Shown here piece by piece: positions 34,045 through 40,353 of a stretch of DNA of 40,353 nt. Location: contig CAJWQN010000002.1 in NCBI GenBank assembly GCA_913045505.1, positions 1 to 40,353 on the forward strand. Direction: 5' to 3'. The notes beneath the pieces are model-generated. The model was not told where the DNA came from and searched no databases. It worked only from the letters and a program-made list of their open reading frames with translations. The position numbers and the translations under genes are program-made. The DNA comes from an uncultured Rhodospirillaceae bacterium (GTDB lineage Bacteria; Pseudomonadota; Alphaproteobacteria; UBA7887). Within the stretch, counting starts at the first letter, position 1, and each line of letters begins with the position of its first letter.

Positions 34045-35226
34045 TCACGGCTTCGCCCGATCCCGATCGGCGCCGCGGCGGGCCACTTCTTCCACCAGCC
34101 CTTCAATCCTTTCGGCGTTGCCGTCCCAGGTCAAATTCCGGTCGTCGATGGTCCGGGCGGCGGCGCGTCCAAGCCGCCGGCGCAACGCCTCGTCCCGGCA
34201 CAGCGCGAGCACCGCCGCGCGGAACGACTCGTCGTCATCCGGGGCGAACAGCAAACTGTTCTCGCGGTCGGTCAGCACCTCGCGGATGTTGCTTTGATCC
34301 GGGCCGACGATGGCGCAACCGAGGGCCATGTATTCGAACAATTTCAGCGGCGAGGCGTAGTCGGTGACGCGCGGTTGCAGGGCGATATCGAAGGCCGCCA
34401 CATAGCCGCCGACCCGATCGCGCGGGACGACTCCCAAAAAGGTTACCTGCTCCAGCACGCCACGCGCGTCGGCATGGGCCTCGATGTCCTCACGGTCCGG
34501 CCCGTCGCCCAGGACGAGAAAATGAAGGTTGGTACGCTCGGGCATGTCGGCCAGCAGATCAACCACCCGGCTCAAACCGTGCCAGGCGCGGATGTAACCG
34601 GTGAAACCGAGAACGACCTTGCCATCGAGCCCCAGTTCACGGCGTGCCTCGGCACCGCTAGCGCCGTCCGCGAAGCGCGCCCGATTGATGCCATTCGGAA
34701 TGACCCGAATGCGTGTGTCCGGAACCTCCGCCCGGCGCACGAATTCGGCCAATTGGTCGGTCACCGGCAGCACATAATCGGCGGCCCGCCATGTCGCGCG
34801 TTCGGACCAAGCCGCGAGTCCCTCGAGCGCGAGACCGTCGAACTTGGCCCGCTCGTGCACCAACGGCGCGTTGACCTCGAGCAGGAACGGTACCGAATAG
34901 CGGGCGTTGAGCATGCGCCCGGCAAGCATGAACAGATTGTAGCGCTCATAAAGCAGGGCCGGCTTGTGGCGCAAATAGGCCCGGCGCAGGCGCCGATAGG
35001 CGACCAGGGTGTAGCCCAACTCCAGCAGTTCGTAGACGGCCCGCGGCATCAGTCTCTTGAGCCATCCGATGCCGCTACCCTCGGTCTTGCCAGGGTCGCC
35101 GGCGGGAGCGCCGGGGGCGACCACGACGACCTCGTGGCCGCGCCGGCGAAACGCGCCGATCATCTCCTCGATGTGTACGTCCTGGCCATCCTTGGACAGG
35201 GTTCGGTGATGGTAGAGAATCTTCAT
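34045..35226 (-). CDS. Glycosyltransferase family 4 (GT-B, group 1)
   Basis: The 393-aa product starts MKILYHHRTLSKDGQDVHIEEMIGAFRRRGHEVVVVAP, a typical GT4 N-terminus. The C-terminal half carries FLVLGDGPDRE..., ALQPRVTDYASPLKLFEYMALGCAIVGPD (E-x7-E-like region). Confidence 0.8.
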   Translation of the reverse strand: MKILYHHRTLSKDGQDVHIEEMIGAFRRRGHEVVVVAPGAPAGDPGKTEGSGIGWLKRLMPRAVYELLELGYTLVAYRRLRRAYLRHKPALLYERYNLFMLAGRMLNARYSVPFLLEVNAPLVHERAKFDGLALEGLAAWSERATWRAADYVLPVTDQLAEFVRRAEVPDTRIRVIPNGINRARFADGASGAEARRELGLDGKVVLGFTGYIRAWHGLSRVVDLLADMPERTNLHFLVLGDGPDREDIEAHADARGVLEQVTFLGVVPRDRVGGYVAAFDIALQPRVTDYASPLKLFEYMALGCAIVGPDQSNIREVLTDRENSLLFAPDDDESFRAAVLALCRDEALRRRLGRAAARTIDDRNLTWDGNAERIEGLVEEVARRGADRDRAKP

Positions 35227-35299
35227 GCCGCGCCACGGTGGCGGAGCCGGGCGGTCACCACCGTCCCGACACGGTTCAGAAAATCCGGCAACGGTCTCT

Positions 35300-36208
35300 C
35301 TAGCTCCGGCGCAGCTTGGCCAGCAGGAACAATGCGAGGATGGCGAATATTAGAACATAGAATAGGGGCTGCTGGGCCATGCTAGCCAACAGCGACAGCG
35401 CCATGCGCGGAGTCGTCACGGGGGTATCGCCGACCAATACCGATTGACCGCCCAACCGCCGGCCCAGATTCGCCGCCGCTCGCCGGGCTTCGGCCCGGGG
35501 GTTCTCGCCCCGCGGGCCACCGAAATCGGCGTCCGAAAATTGGTTGCCGCCGCCGAGGAAAATCGTGGGCACCGCTTCGCTGACCATGCGTTCCAAGTCG
35601 ATCGCTGACTTGGCGACATCGAATATAGTGTCGGAGAACGGGCTGTCGGCGGTAAAGTTGAGCAGAGCTTCGCGGGCGCCGCCGCCGCCTTGCCCGGCTT
35701 GGGGCTGAGAGGTGGGCCCGCTGGCGCCCAGATCAAATTGCATCCGCTGGCCGCCGCCCGAGTCCACATAAGGCCGGAGCATGTCCCGCACCGACAACTT
35801 TTGCACGATTCGCCGGGTTTGGGGAAGCTGTGCGTCTTCGGGTCTGCTGGCCGGCGCCGGGCGGCGGCGGGCGCCTCGTTCGGTCACGATAGCGCCCGCC
35901 TCCGGTGCCGATCGCCGAACCTGCTCGCGGCGGGTGAGATCGAGCGGCGCTGTCAACGGCGAAAAGTCGCGACCGCCCAAGCGAGCCTTCTCGGTCCCCG
36001 ACAATCTGCCATCGGCGGAACGCCGCCCAGATGGATCCGTCTGGACACCATCCGAGTCGAGATAGAAGTCGCTGCCGGCGCCCAGGGGCTGCACCACGAA
36101 GCGGCTCGCATCGTCGATCATCAGCGACGGCATGGCGGCGCATTCCTCCGTGCTGAACGCCGGGATGCCCGCAACAAACGCGATCGCGAGGTATAGCTTC
36201 GGTTTCAT
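35300..36208 (-). CDS. Hypothetical secreted protein with C-terminal hydrophobic anchor
   Basis: ATG 36208 gives the signal-peptide-like MKPKLYLAIAFVAGIPAFS. The body is Gly/Arg/Ser-rich and the product ends in QQPLFYVLIFAILALFLLAKLRRS (a TM helix plus basic tail). No family was recognised. The track ORF to 36376 is an N-terminal extension. Confidence 0.5.
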   Translation of the reverse strand: MKPKLYLAIAFVAGIPAFSTEECAAMPSLMIDDASRFVVQPLGAGSDFYLDSDGVQTDPSGRRSADGRLSGTEKARLGGRDFSPLTAPLDLTRREQVRRSAPEAGAIVTERGARRRPAPASRPEDAQLPQTRRIVQKLSVRDMLRPYVDSGGGQRMQFDLGASGPTSQPQAGQGGGGAREALLNFTADSPFSDTIFDVAKSAIDLERMVSEAVPTIFLGGGNQFSDADFGGPRGENPRAEARRAAANLGRRLGGQSVLVGDTPVTTPRMALSLLASMAQQPLFYVLIFAILALFLLAKLRRS

Positions 36209-36732
36209 TCTCGCCAAACCATGGGCCACGATGGTCACGGATCGGCCGACGCCTCCAAGGCGATTTCCGAGCCGCTTACCGCCGGCGGGTGCCCATTGAC
36301 CTATCGGATGACCCGGTCGCCACACTGACCTTTTCGGCCCGGCCATGACCCGCCATTCCGGCAGCCCCCATCGCACACCGACAGGGTCCGGTCACCGTCG
36401 CCCTTTTACGAACGACAAATCATATGTTGTCATATATTGCCGCGATTGGCCGTAATTTTCAACTCAACCCGTGCTGAGGCTTGGTGCGAACATCGCCCTG
36501 CTCGTACCACGACGGGACCCAACGGATCGCGCTCGATAAACTGACATCGAAACGCAGCGCCTCCTGGCGCCGAGACGACCCCGCCAGCACCGCTTCCGCA
36601 ACACCGATACGAAGGTCGCCCGAAAGGCACTTTCTCATTCATGCCGGCATCCGTCACGCCAGCCAGCATCTTGAACCACAACAACGACCGAATGGGGATC
36701 CCCGCAACGAATCCGTCAGTTCGGAAGGTGCT

Positions 36733-37671
36733 CTAGCACTGCATCAGGTTTTCCTTATCCGAGCCAGCGCAGGGGATCTGTCCGCCGATCGCGCCCGAGA
36801 GGTCCTTGCCGCCGAAGGCCTCCATCATCTTGCGGGCGTTGGCCTCGCTGGGCGATGCGATCAACTCCGCCGCCTCGGGCAGAGCCTGCAGAACGGCCTG
36901 GGCATCGGCCGCGCGCTTCGTCTGCGCCGCCTTGTATTTGGCGTCCTCGGTCTTTGCCGCCGCCTCGGTGGCCGAAACCAGCTTCGCGGCCTGGCCGGCG
37001 ACGAACAGATCGGCCAATTGCGCGGGCGAAAGTTTGTCCAACGAATGGTGCATCTTTCCCTGAGAGAACATGACGATCTCGAAGGACTGGTTTATCGGAT
37101 GTCCCGCCTCCAGCATCTTGGCGAAGGCCTCGCCGTCGATTTCCGAGCGGGCCAGGCCATGGCACTTCAGGCAATTGTGAGCGATATCATAGGACATCGA
37201 GGCCCAGACCAACCCCGCCGCGGTGGAATCGGCGATCCGCTTGGCCTTGTGATCCGGGGTCTCGTCTTCCCGCTTGACGTCCTTGCCGCCATATTCGAAA
37301 TGGATGGGTTCCCAATCGGACGAGGCACCGTGACAGCTTTCGCAGGCGGGGCCAGCCTTTACTTTGGCCTTGGCTCCTGCCTCTTTCTGAACGGTCGAAT
37401 AGTGGCAGACGACGCAATTCACGTTCCGCTTCATGCTCTTCTTGCCGCCCACGGCTTTGGCGATCTTCTCCGCGTCGTCCGCCTTGTGGGCCGTGCGGTA
37501 GGATTTGAAGTGCTTCGATTCCTCCCAGATCTTGTATTCGTCCTTATGGCAATCCTGACAGGCTTTCGGGCCCAGAGGAAACGGCTCGGCGACCGCCCAT
37601 GGCGTCCAGGCGAGCGCCGCGATCCCTATCGCCAACAGCAATGTAAAACGTCCGATGGATGGAACCGACAT
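36733..37671 (-). CDS. Tetraheme c-type cytochrome (periplasmic)
   Basis: ATG 37671 lies 5 nt after GAGGAG. The signal peptide MSVPSIGRFTLLLAIGIAALAWTPWAVA is followed by four CxxCH motifs (CQDCH, CVVCH, CESCH, CLKCH). The first motif context, CQDCHKDEYKIWEESKH, resembles cytochrome c554-type folds. Confidence 0.8.
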   Translation of the reverse strand: MSVPSIGRFTLLLAIGIAALAWTPWAVAEPFPLGPKACQDCHKDEYKIWEESKHFKSYRTAHKADDAEKIAKAVGGKKSMKRNVNCVVCHYSTVQKEAGAKAKVKAGPACESCHGASSDWEPIHFEYGGKDVKREDETPDHKAKRIADSTAAGLVWASMSYDIAHNCLKCHGLARSEIDGEAFAKMLEAGHPINQSFEIVMFSQGKMHHSLDKLSPAQLADLFVAGQAAKLVSATEAAAKTEDAKYKAAQTKRAADAQAVLQALPEAAELIASPSEANARKMMEAFGGKDLSGAIGGQIPCAGSDKENLMQC

Positions 37672-37796
37672 GCACTCCTCACTCGACCAATTTATTGCCT
37701 TACCGGCTTTCAAACAGTTTGCTCTATCCGATGCCAGATCCCTCTGTCCCGGCCAGCGAAATGCCGGTCGGGTGGGACGGCCAAGCGAGCAAGTCC

Positions 37797-39221
37797 CTAG
37801 AATATGACATTTAGCTTGGTCCGCAAGCCGAAGCCGTTGTCGATCGACGCCTGATGCACGGCAAAGCCGCCGATCTCGAAGAAGACGTGCCGGCCGAGCG
37901 CTTGCGAATAGCGCACCGCCGCGCCGACGCGATCGATCCCGCCGGGCGAATTATCGACCTTGCCGCCCATTTCGAAAATCAGATTGCGCCGCAAGGCCGG
38001 CGAGAAAAACATCTGATAGCCGAGCGCGCCGCCATAGGCGTGGTTGGCCCGGTTGCCGATCGCCGGTCCGGCCAGGCCGTTGGCGGCAAACAGCAGCCCG
38101 GTAATGCCCAGCGGCCCGCCGATGTTGCGGGCGGCCGGGGCATAGTTGTCGAACGCCCCGAAGGCATTCAGATAGATGATGTTGTCATAGGCGACGTCGC
38201 CGGGCTGCTTCGGCGCCCAGGAAAAGCTGGTGTAGATCAAGGTGCCGTCGCTCGCATGCGCGGTTTCTCCGCTCACCGCGAATGACGTGGCGATGTGGAC
38301 CGTGGTGTCGACGGCATGTTCGAGGATGATGAAGGGCTGTATCAAACTGCCGCCGAGATTGAACTGATCGCCGATGGCTTCGGTGCTGTCGACGTAGGCC
38401 ATATCCAGACTGAGCGTCGCGTGATGGTACTCGGCGGAAGAAAAGAAGCCGTATAATTCGCCTTCGGCATCGTCCTTGTTGTTGGTGCGGTGGACGTTGT
38501 TCACAGCCACCAGCCCGCCGATTCGGGCGAAATTCATGCCCGGAAGGGGAATGGTGCTTCTGGTCAGGGCCACCGAATCCATGGTGTCGTTAATCATTAT
38601 GCCGTCTTGGATGATGACGGCTTGGCGGCCAAAGGCGATTTCGTAGTCCCGCGGCATCCGACCCATCATATCGAGCTTCGGAAACATTTCCGATATCTCG
38701 CCCTCGAAGAAAGCGGTGGACAATCGAAGGTTGTTTTCGTTTTCGAAGCCGGATGTCGGCTCGAACTTGTACCGTGTCTTCGTCCCGTTCTCGGCTTGCA
38801 GCGGGGCGATGCCAACCAATATCCGTTCCGTGCCGCTGAGGGTCAGGTTCAGGAACAAGTCCATTTGCGTGACCCATTCCACACTGGTATCGGCAACACC
38901 GTTGTCGGTGATCTCCGGTCCGGTATTGATATTGCCGAACAGGAACAGGGCCGGTGAAACGACCATGCCGGTGGGCAGTTCGAACTCGTAGTCGTACGGA
39001 CCCTCCAGAAGATAGGGCTGGCCAAATTCAAACAGCGGTCTCGGGCTTACGGGCAGGTCCTCCTGTTCCTTGAGTCCAAGGATCTTATCGGAGTAGCGCG
39101 AACTGCTTTCGCTGGCCGAAACGGAATCGGGGTCGTCATCGGCGGCCGCGGCGCCGTTCGATAAGATCACACCGCAGCCGGCGAGGGCGATAGCCCCGGA
39201 GAAGATCAGATTTCTCAGCAT
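37797..39221 (-). CDS. Outer-membrane beta-barrel protein (porin-like)
   Basis: ATG 39221 lies 10 nt after the upstream stop. The N-terminal signal MLRNLIFSGAIALAGCGV contains a lipobox-like LAGC. The product has alternating amphipathic strand patterns, many Gly/aromatic residues and a terminal ...GLRTKLNVIF (C-terminal Phe typical of OMPs). Confidence 0.65.
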   Translation of the reverse strand: MLRNLIFSGAIALAGCGVILSNGAAAADDDPDSVSASESSSRYSDKILGLKEQEDLPVSPRPLFEFGQPYLLEGPYDYEFELPTGMVVSPALFLFGNINTGPEITDNGVADTSVEWVTQMDLFLNLTLSGTERILVGIAPLQAENGTKTRYKFEPTSGFENENNLRLSTAFFEGEISEMFPKLDMMGRMPRDYEIAFGRQAVIIQDGIMINDTMDSVALTRSTIPLPGMNFARIGGLVAVNNVHRTNNKDDAEGELYGFFSSAEYHHATLSLDMAYVDSTEAIGDQFNLGGSLIQPFIILEHAVDTTVHIATSFAVSGETAHASDGTLIYTSFSWAPKQPGDVAYDNIIYLNAFGAFDNYAPAARNIGGPLGITGLLFAANGLAGPAIGNRANHAYGGALGYQMFFSPALRRNLIFEMGGKVDNSPGGIDRVGAAVRYSQALGRHVFFEIGGFAVHQASIDNGFGLRTKLNVIF

Positions 39222-39231
39222 GTCGGGCCCC

Positions 39232-40353
39232 CTACCTTCCAATTGTCACCGTTTCAGTCTTTTCCCACAGGTTCATGCTCAGATCGACGATGCGTCGCGC
39301 CAACTCACGCAAGGAGAAGTTAAAGTCGAGTCCAACACCGGATTGGACGTGGATAAAGAAAGCCGGCATCGCTTGGGCGATCAGCTTCATATTCACCGTG
39401 TAGGTCTCACCGGGCTTCAGCAAGTCCGGATCGACATGATAATGGGCCCAACGGAACCCACCGGGCTCGATGCTGTTCTTGAACGAGCGTGTCTCTTGGG
39501 GACGCATGAGAATCGCCGTCGGGTTCCTCGGCGGCCGGACAAACGGCCTTACCGCCAATGAGAACGGCACGAACCGAAGCTGGAGGCGCTCGCCACCCCA
39601 AAACGTTCGAGCCATGAAATGGCTCTCTAAATTGAACAGCTGCTTGTCGTATTCCATTTCGCCACTGCGCACGTAACGGGAGAAGCGTTCGCGCAGGTCG
39701 CCGTTCGGATCGCGGTCGCCGGATTTGAAGACGGCGTTGCCCTGACTGTCCGTGACCGTGACTTGGAAAAACACCATCCGTTCGTGGATGAAGCCCGATG
39801 GCGCGTTGTGACCCAGCACGGCGTTTCTGAGCTTGATCCGGAACTCCAGGCCATGGCTCACATTTGCCGAGTCGATGACCACGTCTTCGACCTTGTAACC
39901 GGCCTTCATCACGATATCGCGTTGGCCCTTGGCCCATTCCAGCAGGTCGAGCTGTTCGTCCAGGATTTCCCGGGCCTCGTAGCGCAGATCCTGATCCTGC
40001 CAGAATTCCGGGAACTCGTGGTCGTCGGCGACCTCGTCCTCGAAATCGTCAGTGCCCCAGTCCTTTTCATGATCGAACTGCATCCATTGCTCGTAGGTGG
40101 CCAATTGCACCGCGTCCGGATTGTGCGGGAAGATGCCCGGGTGCAGCACCGGGAAATCGGGGCCAGCGAAATAATGGTTCGATATGCGCCGATGTCTGGT
40201 CTCGGTCTTGCCGATTATCGCGGCCGGCCCATTGTCGAAGCCTTTGTTCTCTCCCTGTACCTTGCCCATATGGCAATCCTGGCAAGTCACGCCATCGGCG
40301 GCGGACTGGGAGGTCCGATATTCATCGAAGGTTTCCTCGTTGTGCAGGCCGTT
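39232..40353 (-). CDS. c-type cytochrome domain protein, 5'-truncated at the window edge
   Basis: The frame stays open to nt 40353 (NGLHNEETFDEYRTSQSAADGVTCQDCHMGK...); the track start at 40290 is an internal GTG. One CxxCH is visible, followed by about 345 aa with no further Cys. Stop TAG 39234-39232. Confidence 0.6.
   Translation of the reverse strand, partial: NGLHNEETFDEYRTSQSAADGVTCQDCHMGKVQGENKGFDNGPAAIIGKTETRHRRISNHYFAGPDFPVLHPGIFPHNPDAVQLATYEQWMQFDHEKDWGTDDFEDEVADDHEFPEFWQDQDLRYEAREILDEQLDLLEWAKGQRDIVMKAGYKVEDVVIDSANVSHGLEFRIKLRNAVLGHNAPSGFIHERMVFFQVTVTDSQGNAVFKSGDRDPNGDLRERFSRYVRSGEMEYDKQLFNLESHFMARTFWGGERLQLRFVPFSLAVRPFVRPPRNPTAILMRPQETRSFKNSIEPGGFRWAHYHVDPDLLKPGETYTVNMKLIAQAMPAFFIHVQSGVGLDFNFSLRELARRIVDLSMNLWEKTETVTIGR

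Noticed and set aside
36209-36732. A 524-nt non-coding stretch between the tetraheme cytochrome and the secreted-protein gene. It includes an AT-rich patch with repeated CATAT (about 36415-36445), a GGGGATCCCC palindrome (about 36694-36703) and ORF 36430..36684 (-).
   Set aside because: I could not recognise any tRNA, riboswitch or sRNA signature, or a convincing terminator, by eye. The ORF has no motif or SD. Covariance-model scanning (Rfam) would be needed.

Overview
High-GC, alphaproteobacterial-type chromosomal window; all calls come from reading the sequence and ORF track, with families recognised from motifs and no database search. (1) 1-11.5 kb is a late flagellar gene cluster with Caulobacter-like organisation: flgH (truncated), dksA, fliX <-> flgI / flgJ-like / flgN-like, flaG <-> flgK-flgL, flagellin-1, flbT-flaF, flagellin-2. 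It has three readable sigma54 promoters, one CtrA-type box and an inserted higBA toxin-antitoxin pair whose toxin carries an in-frame amber stop. (2) 11.5-33.4 kb is the most unusual part. Directly after flagellin-2 come 14 consecutive genes: one DxD GT-A glycosyltransferase, seven TPR + GT9 (heptosyltransferase)-like fusion proteins, three TPR + GT41 (OGT/SPINDLY-type) fusion proteins and three SAM methyltransferases. They form two divergent, translationally coupled operons, and no nucleotide-sugar biosynthesis genes are visible. I interpret this as an expanded, probably flagellin-directed, protein glycosylation/methylation island; the target and chemistry are inferred. (3) 33.4-36.2 kb holds a DUF123/GIY-YIG-like gene coupled to the end of the island, a GT4 glycosyltransferase and a secreted protein with a C-terminal anchor. 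(4) 36.7-40.35 kb, visibly lower in G+C, holds a cytochrome / beta-barrel / tetraheme cytochrome gene trio that may be a porin-cytochrome module. No rRNA, tRNA, CRISPR array or transposase was recognised. Many long ORFs in the track are antisense shadow frames typical of high-GC DNA and were not called.
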